Under the pieces are notes generated by a model that worked only from the letters and a program-made list of their open reading frames with translations, searched no databases and was not told where the DNA came from. Position numbers and translations under genes: made by a program. This document shows, one piece after another, positions 25,154 through 37,948 of a stretch of 64,000 bases of DNA. Source of the stretch: Octopus vulgaris (lineage: Eukaryota); contig OX597830.1 in NCBI GenBank assembly GCA_951406725.2, positions 68,014,001 through 68,078,000 on the forward strand, given 5' to 3'. Positions within the stretch are counted from its first letter, which is position 1, and the number at the start of each line of letters is the position of its first letter.

Positions 25154-25591
25154 ACCTATCCATTCTTGTTGCTTCTTTCTCGCTTATAATCACCCCACAT
25201 TACTGTTTTGTTAAAACAGTATAGTTTTTTTTGGTGCATCTAAGTTAGGTACCATATTCAAGTAAATTCATTTAAATTAACTTGAATCTTTATTGCTTTT
25301 TATATATATATATATATATATACATATATATTATTGTATCTAGGGAGAGTTATTTTCTTTTAGTGCCTTGTTAATTCAACACATTCACCAGTCTGATTTC
25401 CACTCAAATTTTCGTTGCGCCTTGCATCTTTTTCAGTAGTTCTTGATTCTGTTTCATCGGAATTGCGTTTTTTAATTTCTTTTTAAACTTGTACACATGC
25501 GTGTGCACATACTCATATGTATGTGTGTATGTATGTATTTATATATATGTATGTATGTGCATATCTCTACCAGATACAAAAGCGAAATATA

Positions 25592-25624
<33 letters not shown>

Positions 25625-25679
25625 ATATAAAAGAAGTGAAAATATGTGAAAAACGTATATAAAAAGGGGAAGAGAAATG

Positions 25680-25723
25680 CCTTGTGTGTGAATTTGGTTG
25701 ACGGAAACTGAAAGAAGTTTGTC

Positions 25724-25758
<35 letters not shown>

Positions 25759-26010
25759 GGTGTGTGTGTGTGGGTGCATGCGTGTGTGTATGTATGTATG
25801 TATATATATATATATATATCTGTGTTTGTCCCCCCACCATCACTTGATGGCCAATGTTGGTGTGTTTATGTCCCCATAATTTAATGGTTCGGCAAAACAT
25901 ACTGATAGGATAAGTTCTAAGCTTATAAACAATAGGTACTGGGGTCAATTTATTTGACTAAACACGTGTGCACCAGTATGGCCACAGTCAAATGACTGAA
26001 ACAAGTAAAA
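25680..26010 (+). mobile_element. 5'-truncated SINE (family of 31490-31890)
   Basis: GGAAACTGAAAGAAG..(TA)n..GTGTTTGTCCCC...GGCCACAGTCAAATGACTGAAACAAGTAAAA. Confidence 0.75.
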
Positions 26011-26629
26011 TAATAAAATAATGAAAGAACATATATATATATATATATAGTTCAAATTCATAGAAAAACAAAAGATGAAGACAGGTGTAGGAACAAGCAA
26101 GTGCATTAGTTTGACGCTCAGGAAAATTGGAAAAGTCTTTTATGTTTCGAGCCTACGCTCCTCGACAAAAAGGAATAAGAAGAAATCAACAGAGAGAGAA
26201 TGAAACAGAAAGCATTTAGAGTTTAGCAACCTTTTAATAGTTCTCTCCTTGTACTCTTTCTTCCTTTCCTTTTAGTCATTTTTAAAGGTATATGTATGGT
26301 ACTGTATACAATTCTTAGTTTGATACGGCTTACAAATTTTAAACAAATGTTTCAATTGATTAAATAGAAATTCTCTCATCATCATGTGATACTGTTTCTA
26401 ACCAGAAGAATTTATCCATCCAAATCCCATGTCAAAATCAATTTACCATGCTAAAACTACAAAGAAAAAAAATGGAATCATGTGTATCTGAGATATTATG
26501 GATTAGATTATCTCCACCACATAACTGTTGCTATTTATATTCAGTAATCTCTTCTTCATATTATGTGTTGTCAGAAGATGGATCTCAATCATTCTTTCTC
26601 ACATTTAATACCATTTCTTTTATTTCCAG

Positions 26630-26661
26630 GATCTCCATTTGGAAGTCTTTGCTACACAGAG
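26630..26661 (+). CDS. Microexon A1 (32 nt, phase 0->2): DLHLEVFATQ(S)
   Basis: atttcttttatttccag|GATCTCC...ACAGAG|gtaatgcaag; flanks homologous to five other A copies. Confidence 0.8.
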
Positions 26662-27556
26662 GTAATGCAAGAAATATGTCCCTAAATATGATAATATATA
26701 AGTATATATATAGCAGGGTTTCAGTCATGGTATATAGTAAGATAAAATCTTTAATCAGTTGAGATTATCCCAGCAATTAATAAACAAAAATATCTTTTAT
26801 GGATATTGATAACCCCAAACCAACAAGTGAGACAACTACCAATATCAGTTTATTATTGATTTCTATATAAGTCTTTTCTCGTTAAATGTTTGAAATATAC
26901 TAAATGGCTGCTCTTCCAAATCTTACCCGATTAGATCACAAGTATTATTTAAAAATAACAGAAAGGCAGACATCAACTGAAGGCTCAAAAAACCAAATGT
27001 TGATAGGATTTAAATATAGCACTCCGTTATTTTTCTACATTTATTTCTCTTAAGGATTAATAATTTTAATAAGCAGACAGTTTTATTGGGGAAAAAAATT
27101 GACATTTTGTGATATTGATTTCTTTTACTATTATAAAATGAACAGATTTGTGCAAAGTAAGGAGCAGTTGAAACTGGTTTGTGAACTCAGTGGGAAATCC
27201 ATAGAATCTGTAAATGATGATCCTAATTATATTCATAAACAGTGAGAGGGAGAAAGGGAGCAAGAGAAAGAGGGTGTCAGAGGGATGGAAAGAGAGGGAG
27301 GAAGAGAGAGATAGAGAAAGAGAGGATAAAATAAATTGATAGATAGATAGATAGATAGACTGACAGACAGACAGACAGACAGACAAAATATAAAGATGTG
27401 GGTGGGGAGAATGTATTCACTAATTTGTGGATTCGACTTTTGTAACAAGAGACTTGACCAAAGTTTGTGCGTTGAAACTGAAATGACCACATCATGGAGG
27501 ATGAATGATAACCACCACAACATACATATATTATTATGTAATATTAAATACGAGGA

Positions 27557-27775
27557 AGGCGACAAGTTGGCAGAAACGTTAGCACGCTGGGCAAAATGCT
27601 TAGTGGTATTTCGTCTGTCTTTATGTTCTGAGTTCAAATTTTGCCGAGGTCGGCTTTGCCTTTCATTCTTTCAGGGTCGATAAATTAAGTACCAGTTACA
27701 TACTGGGTTTTATCTCATCGATTGGCCCCCTCCCCCCAAATTTAGGACTTTGTGTCTAGAGTAGAAAAGAATATT
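27557..27775 (+). mobile_element. tRNA-derived SINE
   Basis: GGCGACAAGTTGGCAGAAACGTTAGCACG...GAGTTCAAATTTTGCCGAGGTCGGCTTTGCCTTTCAT; related copies at 19455 and 30755. Confidence 0.75.
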
Positions 27776-28379
27776 AAATATGAAAAAATCTCAAAAAATT
27801 ACACAAAACCATGATTTTTGGCAGTTTGGGATGAAGATTAAAATGACCAGTTTTATTGTTACTTAACAATTCTACAGATTCCTGTTTCTTCTTCTCAAGA
27901 AGCTGAGAGCAAGCAGCAATTAAAGAATGAGACTGATTTCATGAGAAATCCTGGTCTTAATGCTCCTCGGCAAAAATAATTTTTAAAAAATATAAATATA
28001 AAACAAAGCAATGAATTAAGCCATGTGGAAAAGGAAAAGACAACAAAGATTGAGGCAAAAGATATAGTCTTTTCAGAGAGAAAAAAGAGAAAATTAAGGG
28101 AAGGAGAAGGGGATTGTCTTTGTCATATTTCAGATGGTCAACATGGTAATGGATACAAGAAGTGGTAGTTAGTATGTGATTTCTAATAGCAGAGAGTCTA
28201 TTGATGTCTATGTGGAACTCAAGTGAAAATGAGATTAGAAAAGGGTAAGGAGAAACAGGTGTGTGTCAGAATACAATAGTTATGTGTGAGAGGGTAAGTG
28301 TAAGATTCATCAGTGGGTGCTGTAGTTACAAAGTTGAAGACAGGTGGCCCAGGGCAGGGTTCATGCTCCACTGACCGAA

Positions 28380-29645
28380 GTAGCAGTGAAATTTGGCAGA
28401 TGTGTAAATGTCTGAGCAGCTCCAAGAGAGCGCTGGTCACCTCCATGGCATAAAGGAACAGCTGGCAAAGGTACCATAAACATTGCTTACTTCACCTTAT
28501 TCTGGTCTGTATACCACTGAAGGCAGCGATTCAAGCAATGCAGTCGAAACACCAAGATGCAAACATCATTGACATCCCTCACTATTCGCTCATGGAATGT
28601 TTGAGCACTTATGGACAGCTCCAAAACAACAGACCTGAGAGTTGGTAGCTCTTGTTGTTAGGAAATTCGGCAGGTACAACATACACATTGCAGCTCCATG
28701 TGAGGCCAGACTTGCAAACAAAGGTCAGCTGACTGAGAGAAATCGGTTAACCCTCTTCTAGTTTGGCCTCAGTTGTGATGAACAATGTGAAGGAGGAATG
28801 GATTTTACCACCAGATCTAGTCTTATCAGCAAGATAACCAACATCCCCAAAAGACTGATGCCTCTGCAGCTTCACATCAGAAGAAAGCACCATCACAGTA
28901 CTTACAACCCCACCATGACTGGCTCTGAGGATTTTAATGATAAGATTTAGGAAGACTTGGAAGCTTACATAGTAATTGTGTCTAAGAAGGTCAAGCACGT
29001 CTTTTTCAGCAACTTCAGTGCCAGAGTTGCTACATGGATCGAGATATTGGGAGAAGCGGAGTTGGCAATATCCGCAGCAGCTCTCATCTGCAGCAAACCT
29101 TGGCATCTAATTGGATACGACATAGTCAGGAGGTGAGGCAGGTTAGGGTTACAAAGGCCATATGTGGTACGGAATGCTGGTCAGATCACAGATTCATCAT
29201 TGCAATCAGGACATGCACATCCAGCCTACATCCAGTACATCCAAGTGAAGCAGGCAAACAAGTGACTAAGTGTCAGCAAATTGAAATGACACAATGCGAA
29301 ACTGAATGTCAGCTGGGACCACGTGGACAGTAAGTTGAGCCAATTCAATAGTGGAAATGAGTGGACAGGAGTAGACTGGGTGGCATTTGGAGACATTATA
29401 CAGTCCTGGATCACTCATCTAGGTCAGAACTTGCATAAATACTAAAACTGCTCGACAACAAAGATGAGGTAATTCGGAAGCTACTACTTAATGAGAAGCA
29501 TGAAGCGTACAGAGTCACTAAGTAAGACAACACATTGGCCTCCAAGAAAGCAGCTTAAAACACTACAAAAAGCAATGTGCACATAAACCTCAGAGAGACA
29601 AACGATTCCTGGCTCTGCAACAAGGCAGATGAGCTGACTTGGCGA
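28380..29645 (+). mobile_element. Degraded RTE/BovB-like LINE, endonuclease region
   Basis: WNV..LMD..RPE...RYNIHIAAP.EARLANKGQLTE and VRVTKAICGTECWSDHRFII. Confidence 0.75.
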
Positions 29646-30391
29646 ACAGCAGCAACAACAACAATAATAATTCTCCACTTTCTTTATACCGTCTACCCAA
29701 CTATACCATCAACCATTTACATTATCTTCCCACTTTCTATGTCTGTTACCGTTATGGCCTGAAAAATTTCATTGTATTTTCCTTAATTTCTCTCATCTGA
29801 TGAAAAATAACAGCTGATATTTGAAGCATTGATGACTATGTGTTATGAAACAATAAATATAAGTAATAATAGCCATATAGATTCTGTGGATCTTGGTGAA
29901 TTGCAAGGTAACAATGAAACTGGTCAGTCTGGACATAATTTCACAGAAACACTAAATATATATGGATATGGTTTGATATATCTATTTAATAACTAATGTT
30001 GTTTTGGGACTGTTGCTATATTGTGACTGATGTTATATTGGAAGTGTTGTAAATATATATTTATCTGTGAATAGATCTATTTTTTAAGGTACGATTCCTC
30101 TCATTTGTTACTTGTCTCTGTTACAAATAGTTTCTCCATCTTTCTGCCATTATTACACCTGTCACTCTTCTCTGGCCCAATCATTCTCTCTGGGTATAAC
30201 TTTTCACCTGCCACACAATTCCTTTAATTTTACTTCCTTTCCCATTTTCTTGAGTCCATTTTATGCAAAAACACAATTTTTCTTCTATTCCTTACTTTCA
30301 GTTAAAAGACAGACTGAAATATTAAACTTTAGGCTCATCATGATAAATTCGCTTTACTAATCTGCAATTTTCACATTAACAGATTATCCAG

Positions 30392-30434
30392 TGACTTAGA
30401 TTATGATGACGATTTTTTCATGGCAAGACAAATG
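30392..30434 (+). CDS. Microexon B1 (43 nt, phase 2->0): DLDYDDDFFMARQM
   Basis: ttactaatctgcaattttcacattaacagattatccag|TGACTTAG...CAAATG|gtaagt. Confidence 0.82.
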
Positions 30435-30754
30435 GTAAGTCTTCTTTAATTTTTAAAGGTTATTTTCTTTTTGTACTGTTTTCATAAATTGTGATAAATG
30501 GGTTGTTGAGAATTTCATCAATGGGTTGTATAAAATGGATGCTGTATATCCTGTTTATGAATATTGTGATATATTTTCTCACATTGGTACAACCTGTTAT
30601 TATTTTTCATGCTGGTAGACCAAGCTATTGTCCTTCATACTTGTGTAGCCATTTACTATTCTTCCAATCAGTATGACTGTCTACTCCATCTCTCATTGTA
30701 GATCCAGCACAATAGGCTTCTATTTTCTCCAATATTATTAATGTCAGTGTTCAT

Positions 30755-30945
30755 TAGCAAGCAGGGCAAAGTGCTTAGCAGTATTCCGTCTGCTGCTACC
30801 TTCTGAGTTCAAATTCTGCTGAGGTCAACTTTGCCTTTCATCCTTTCAGAGTCAATAAATTAAGTACCAGTTGGGTACTGGAGTCGATTTGATCAACTAG
30901 CCCCCTCCCCACGAAATCTCGACCTTTTGAATATAGCAGAAGAGA
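30755..30945 (+). mobile_element. SINE (family of 27557)
   Basis: GGCAAAGTGCTTAGCAGTATTCCGTCTG...GAGTTCAAATTCTGCTGAGGTCAACTTTGCCTTTCATCC. Confidence 0.7.
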
Positions 30946-31489
30946 TTATTAATGTCAGTGTATAAGATTTCATTTTGCTATGGCTGGATACTGTTTAATA
31001 TTAGAAGAACCAGTTACTATATATCATACTGGTAGACCAGGCTAAAAATTTTTCATATTTGATGAGTAAGCTGCTAGTTTTCATATGATCAGAAGTAGAA
31101 AACTTTTAATATTGGTACAACCTAACTACTACTTTTCATATTCAGAGAGCCATAGAGCCATTTCTTAATTTCTCTGGACAGCTAATTAAAGCTGGGAAAT
31201 ATTAACATCTCTTGATTTAGTTTCATTACATTCCTTATGAAACCATAAATTAATAGAGCATATATAGGTGTACCTTAGTAAGGTGTGGCTAGAAAATCTT
31301 CAATTAACATGCATTCTAGAGAGATATTTGTGTATATATAATATAGAAGAGGAAAACCATTGTAACATCACCTACAGGAATTAAACACATGTCTGCTAAC
31401 CACTACAGGAAGGCAGCATTACAACTTCAATTGTCCAAATAAGGAACCTTTGCTTGGATTAGACAAACCAGAAAAAACTTGGATTACAC

Positions 31490-31890
31490 AGGCACAGGAG
31501 TGGCTGTGTGGTAAGTAGCTTGCTAACCAACCACATGGTTTTGGGTTCAGTCCCACTGCGTGGCACCTTGGGCAAGTGTCTTCTGCTATAGCCCCGGGCC
31601 GACCAATGCCTTGTGAGTGGATTTGGTAGACGGAAACTGAAAGAAGCCTGTCGTATATATGTATATATATATATGTATGTGTATGTGTGTTTGTGTGTCT
31701 GTGTTTGTCCCCCTAGCATTGCTTGACAACCAATGCTGGTGTGTTTACGTCACTTAGCGGTTCGGCAAAAGGGACCGATAGAATAAGTGCTGGGCTTACA
31801 AGGAATAAGTCCTGGGTTCGATTTGCTCGACTAAAGGTGGTGCTCCAGCATGGCCACAGTCAAATGACTGAAACAAGTAAAAGAGTAAAC
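31490..31890 (+). mobile_element. Full-length tRNA-derived SINE with internal (TA)/(TG) microsatellite
   Basis: GGCACAGGAGTGGCTGTGTGGTAAGTAGCTTGC...GGGTTCAGTCCCACTGCGTGGCACCTTGGGCAAG...GAAACAAGTAAAAGAGTAAA; second full copy at 51207. Confidence 0.85.
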
Positions 31891-32319
31891 TAGAAGTTTG
31901 TCAATGAATAACATATTTCATTCAATACAAAGGTGTGGTGTTATCCATCTTATAAACAAGAAGACAGAGAAAAAGTTTTATGACAATCCATGGGAATTGA
32001 ACACTGTCTATTCTGTAAATTGTATAGCCATGCCAGCCACAGCAAAGTGACATGACAACACTAACTATCCAATTTGGGATCTTAAAATTAATACAATGGA
32101 ATAGAGTACATGTGGCCTGCCATTAGAAAATCAGTCCTCAGAGGATCAAGATATGCTTATATTTCATCTAAAATTGAAATATACACATATACGTACATAC
32201 ACACATACATACACATATCTCTCTCTCTATATATATATATATATACATGCATATATATACATATATCTATATACAAATATACATACACACACACACACAC
32301 ATATATATATAAAACTCAA

Positions 32320-34200
32320 AATATGTGTGTGTGTGTGTATGCTTTTTATGCGTTTCCACATTTTTCATCCAATTTTGATGATTTTTTTTTTATTAAATGG
32401 CAAATTTACCCAGGCAGATCACTGCTACATTACCGATGCCTACAGATACACCCTTCTAGGATAAAATTCGATAAAACTGAAGTGACCCCACCACACACAC
32501 ACCTTTTGCAAAAAATGGTTAAAGTTGCACCTGAAAAGTTTTTACAGGAACGTCCCATTTTTATAATTTTGGTGTCAACAGGACCGTTATGTTGTGACAT
32601 TTCAAACAAATATTCTGGCACTACCTTGGGGTTTCTGATTCCCAAGAAAATTGCGAAAAACTTTGAAAAAAATTGATTTTTCGCAATTTTGCAAAATTAC
32701 ACGGTAGAAAACTTTTTACTGGAAAGTCCAATTCCTTTGGTTTTACAGCCAAAAAACCACATGTAATAGCAGTTCTATCAAGTGTCTGTTCTATGTCCAA
32801 AGGCATCCCTGTGACAAAAACACATAAAACTGAAAAAATCGATTTATTTTCAAGTTTTGAATCTTGAGAGCAGCCAGGGTGTCTACTTCTCCAGCTGGCA
32901 CAAGAACCCATGGATACCGTGCTCACTGCCTTCTTCAAACTATGCGCAATGACCCCTTTGCCAAGACACTCCTGTATCCTCAGGTTCCATCATATTACAT
33001 TTGGAAAAAGAAAACACACATTTGGGAATCAAGAAAACAAGGACAACCCATCGTGGGACAGCCAAACTTAAAATCATGTACCCCACCCTTGGAAGAGTTT
33101 ACACAGTTTGCCCTAACCAACAAGAATGATTTTACTTTTGCCTACTGCTGCATGAGGTCATGGGACTGACATCTTTTGACAACCTGAAAAACTTCAAAGG
33201 TGAAGTTTTTACTACATACTGCGAGCCTGCTGTAAAGCAGACTGCTAGAAGACGACGCTCAGTCTGACGCAACAATGGTGGAAGCTGTTACAATACGCTC
33301 AGCGAGGAGTCTTCAAAAACTCTTTGCAGTGCTATTGCAAACATGTGAACTCAGTGATCCTGTCACCTTATGGGAGAAATACAAGGAAGACCTTTCAGAG
33401 GACTACCACCACCAAGAACAACTTCTGTTGCCACTTAAACATCAGTTTCAACGATGAATTCTTCAACAGAGCACTCGACATTGAGGGCAGCCTACTTACT
33501 GCTGGCGGTAACGATCTTTCATTTTATAGTCTACCAAAAGTCAGCAGAACGAGCTCACACATACTACCAATATGCGTTATTCAGGAAACAGCCTCCGACA
33601 TCGATGCTCTTCAATAATACATCGACGGAACTGAGCCGAGGTTGCTTCAGGACCAGCAGCACACATACAGCGCTGTCTACACTTCCATTCGTGAATGCAA
33701 AGGTGGTATTTTCTTTTTAGATGTCCCAGGAGGAACTGGTAAAACATTCGTGACTAAACTTCTCCTTGCAAAAGTACGCCAACAAAAGGAGATCTCTTTA
33801 GCTGTAGCTTCTTCTGGAATTGCCATGACTCTACTGCCCGGGAGTAGGCTGGCTCATTCGATCTTCAAACTCCCATTTAATGCTTCTGTGTCCGACTCAG
33901 CCACCTGCAATAATACAAAAGACTCTGGCAAGGCAGAAGTGCTACAAAGGTGCCAGCTCATTGTTTGGGATGAATCCACCATGGCACATAAAGGATCCCA
34001 TGAAGCACTGGACAGGACCCTGAAAGACATCAGGGGCTGCATTAACCCCATAGGAGGCATTTCCCTCCTGTCTAGTGATTTCAGACAAACCCTATCCATA
34101 ATTCCAAAAGGCACCTGAGCCGACGCTGTAATGGCTTCATTATTTTATCTTTCCTGTGAGAGGACGTTACAATTTTGACTTGTACAACAAGCGCATGCAT
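32320..34200 (+). mobile_element. Helitron remnant (Rep/Pif1 helicase)
   Basis: DPFAKTLLYPQVPSYYIW, LQKLFAVLLQTCELSDPVTLWEKYK, GIFFLDVPGGTGKTF...AVASSGIA..LLPG..AHSIFKLP...LIVWDE...DFRQTL. Confidence 0.88.
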
Positions 34201-34713
34201 TACAACCACATGTGCCCGACATAGTGATCTCATGAAGATTAAAAGCGCATGACTTGCAGGTTAGGATTTTCTTCAGGGTGAATAGCTCATCCCACTCAAA
34301 AAGCCCCTGAATAAAGGTTGCTTAAGGGTATTGAATGAAACACCCATGTTTCCAGAGGTGAATTATTTAAACCCCAAAGAATTCCTCTCAACATATGGTT
34401 ATGATGCACACTAATCACATTACTTCAGGTTGTGATTAAAGATGCACATATTGTCAGCCACTAAGGTAGTAAAGGCCAAACAACTGACAAGCAAATCTAT
34501 AGTATTGGGCAGAATATTGTCATCACCATCACTATTATCGTTGTTGTTGTTATTATTTATATTAATACTCCAGGAAACATATACGGTTTAAGGATTATCT
34601 ATTTGGAATAAACCAATTATAACAGAATTTATATGCTAATCGCTGAAATTAACCAATTTTTCAAAACCCGTAAGGAAAACAGTAAACATTTGGAGAAATA
34701 CCTTATAACATAC

Positions 34714-34751
<38 letters not shown>

Positions 34752-35071
34752 GCGCGTATCATGTGGAAGTTATTTTCAATCGAATTTTACAACTGTATAA
34801 AATTCTTCAAATGCTTCGATTGTGTGTGTGTACATACATTTACTTGATAGCTGGCATTTATCAATGTTTTCTCCTACTGTGTTGATGTGCTGTTTTGTAT
34901 CATTAATAAAATTGCCTGCATTTTTGATGACATGGGTATGCTAGTGTATGATACTTTTCATAACCCCTTTAGTGTAATCCTCCACCACATCTTAGAAATT
35001 TGGTGATTATTATTTTCTGTGTTATTATGCTACATAAGGAATATTATAAAGCCACTGCAATAGTGGCAGAA

Positions 35072-35106
<35 letters not shown>

Positions 35107-36305
35107 TCAGCATGACTCTCTATTACACATTAAGTGAACGCTTAATCAGTCATGTGGCTTTTCTTTTCACATGTTCCAGGATGTCACTTTGTGTAGCAAC
35201 AGTACCATCTCAAGTATATGAGAACTACATATTTGATGGTTTCATATGAGCTTTATAGAGGGTCTGTAGAGTTGATGGGGATGAAATACTGTTTGGTTAT
35301 GAAGAAGAAGAAGACCAGTTTATTCAGTATTATTTTTTTTCTATGCAAGATATATTTTTGTTTGTTACAAGAAGTCTTCGGGTATGGTGAGGCCATGTTG
35401 CTTTAGTAACCATCAGTCTTGGAATATTTTCTTGATAGGTTTAGAGAATGTCTCTTTGTGCTTTTCATTGGAATATGACTAAATTATTCATGTTATCTGT
35501 GTAGGGATCTAAATTTTATGTAAATTAAGGTGAAATGTATATCTCTATATATCTCTAGTATCTCATCCAAGATCTGCCAATGCATGAAAGGAATCAGATA
35601 CAGAGCAAAGTTACCAAACAAGGGCTTTGACTGCTCAATATTTTTTTCAGCTATATTCTGTCAGGAATATGTTGTATGGAATCATGATTGTGTTCTTCTG
35701 GGAATTATTCAGATGCCTTATGGAATGATTTGTTCCAGTTGCAATTATTATCAATCTGAGAGAGAGGTTGTTTGGAATTTTGATTTTAAAATGTTAATCA
35801 GGGCTGTAGGTGCAATTTTCTTTCAAGGTACGTCAAATAAAAGATCGTCCAATACATGAAAATTAAATGACTATTCAGTAACATGACCTTTTAATTGTTC
35901 TCTATTTACACTCTTTTATCTCTTCTTTTTAGTCATTTTTAAAGCTAGTTGTGGGGTATTGTATACATTTCTAAGTCTCATATGACTTTGAATTTTACAC
36001 AAAAGTTTAAATTGATTAAATAAAAATTCTCATATCATCATTTGACACTGTTTTTAGTTAAAAGATTTCTTCCATTCAAATCCTATGTCAAAACCAGTGT
36101 ACTATGCCAAAACTATAAATAAGAAAAAAGAAATCATGTGTATCTGTGATAATATGGATTGCATAATCTCCATCAGATAATTGTCACTACTCTCACCTGT
36201 TGTACTATTTATATTCAGTAAGGTCTTCCCTCAGTATAATTTGTTGTAACAAGTTGGAATTCTGTCATTCCTTCTAACGTTCAATATCATTTCTTTTAAT
36301 TTCAG

Positions 36306-36337
36306 GAAGATGAAATGGACAGCTCAGATGAAGAGAG
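36306..36337 (+). CDS. Microexon A2 (32 nt, phase 0->2): EDEMDSSDEE(S)
   Basis: atttcttttaatttcag|GAAGATG...GAAGAGAG|gtaatgcaag. Confidence 0.83.
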
Positions 36338-36799
36338 GTAATGCAAGAAACATATGCCTAAATCTGTTAATATATAAGTACATATATATATATATAGCAG
36401 GGTTCCAATTATGGTGTATAGGGGATCAGCTGAGATTATCCCAGTAATTAGAGATATCTGATCAGTTGAGATTATTTCAGTTATTAGCAAACAAAAACCT
36501 CTCCTGGAAATGTTGATAATTTTAAAGCAATGAGCAAGGGAGATTGTTGATTTCCTTGTAAATTATTATCTCATAATATGATGGATATGTATACTAAATT
36601 GCTATACTTCCAAATCTTACTCCATTAGAATATTGGTATTATTGATGAATAGTAGAAGGATGGAAATCAACAGAAGGCACTAAAGAATATTTGTTTGGCA
36701 TTTAATATAATAATCCATCATTTCTCTAGGTTCATATCTCTTAAGGCAGCTATTTCATTAATAATGCTGATCAACAAAATTCAAATTTTTTGCTGACCT

Positions 36800-37458
36800 A
36801 TGCACTAAAGAAAGGACCAAACAAAGGGTCTCAAGCTGCCAGATCCTTCTTTTCCAGACTGGCTGCTTCTTAGCATCTTTCTGGCCTGGAGTCTAAAGTC
36901 ACTAATGACTAGTCTATGCTGGGGCTACATTTTTCACCAGGGTGGGTCTTTGCATTTAAGAGCAGTCATGCATCACGCAGTCTGGTGAGAATGAAATCTA
37001 TCTGCCTAACAGAGTCACCTAAGTAATAGGTTATCAGGTGGCTGGCTGGCTTCCTGAAGTTGGTGTTGGAGATCAAAAAGTTATTTGCATCACAGAACTC
37101 CAGTCGCCTTGCTCCCTCTTCGCTTCAGGGACCAATTCCATGGCCCCCATGAACACGATGGTAGATGCTGGGCTGCCGTCCAACATGCCCATTGAAATCC
37201 CCAGTCATGAATATGAGATCATTGTCACTCATCTTGGAGGTAGCCTGCAGAAGAATATCATAAAAGTGGTCCTTCTGTTCATTTGGTAGGCCCACTTGTT
37301 GGGTGCAGACAGATATAATTGTAGCTATACTATTCTGCAAGACTAGCCTGAGCATAAGTACTCTATCACATACTCTAACTACTTCTATGATCTTATCCAC
37401 CCATTTCTCAGTTAGGAGTATGCCCACATGACCAACTCCATCACTATTACCTTCCCAT
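36800..37458 (-). mobile_element. RTE LINE endonuclease fragment
   Basis: GILLTEKWVDKIIEVVRVCDRVLMLRLVL..IISV..QVG...FYD...GDFNGHVG. Confidence 0.8.
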
Positions 37459-37908
37459 GTGTGTACGTGTGTGTGTGTGTGTAAATAAATCTAATTTTAA
37501 GTGTGTGTGTGTGTGAATAAATCTATTTTTAAAGTATGGTTCCTCTTATTTGTTACTTGCCTCTGTCACAAATAGTTTCTCCATCTTTTCTCCCACTCTT
37601 ACAATTTTCAGTATATTCCTACTTATCTTTCTTTGAGAAATTGCTTTTTTCAAACTACTGCCTTAATTTCTTAGTTTCCTTTACTCCTTGTTCACCTCTC
37701 ACCTTTCTTCTCTGATCCAATCACTCTCACTGGGTATAACTTTTCAGCTGCCATACAATTCCTTAAATTTTAGTTTCACTTCCATTTTCTTGATTCCATT
37801 TCATTCTTTCTTTCAGTTAAAAGATAAAGACTGAAATATTAGACTCTAGCCTCATAATGACAGATTCACTTTACTAATCTGGAATTTTCACATTTACATA
37901 TTTTGCAG

Positions 37909-37948
37909 TGACTTAGAACTTGATGAATATTTCGAGCAACTAAAAAGA
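37909..37948 (+). CDS. Microexon B2 (40 nt, phase 2->0): DLELDEYFEQLKR
   Basis: ttactaatctggaattttcacatttacatattttgcag|TGACTTAG...AAAAGA|gtaagt. Confidence 0.83.

Larger units (their letters stand above)
24349..25183. repeat. Near-perfect 835-bp palindrome (arms 24349-24761 and 24772-25183, 10-nt spacer)
   Basis: Arms are reverse complements, with one substitution and one 1-nt indel found by eye. This explains the identical ORFs 24381-24563(-) and 24969-25151(+). Confidence 0.97.

Noticed and set aside
28134-28145. 12-nt AG/GT-bounded segment conserved at 58024-58035
   Set aside because: It lies inside an inverted-repeat arm of probable TE origin and is no more variable or conserved than its flank; insufficient evidence for an exon.
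32110-32676. 188-aa ORF, and similar ORFs at 25472-25948, 23311-23796 and 40982-41353
   Set aside because: Read-through of microsatellite or low-complexity sequence (YIYI, HTHT, LSLS).
33642-34118. Pif1-like helicase as a host gene
   Set aside because: Frameshifted, intronless, and preceded by Helitron Rep-linker motifs: a Helitron remnant.
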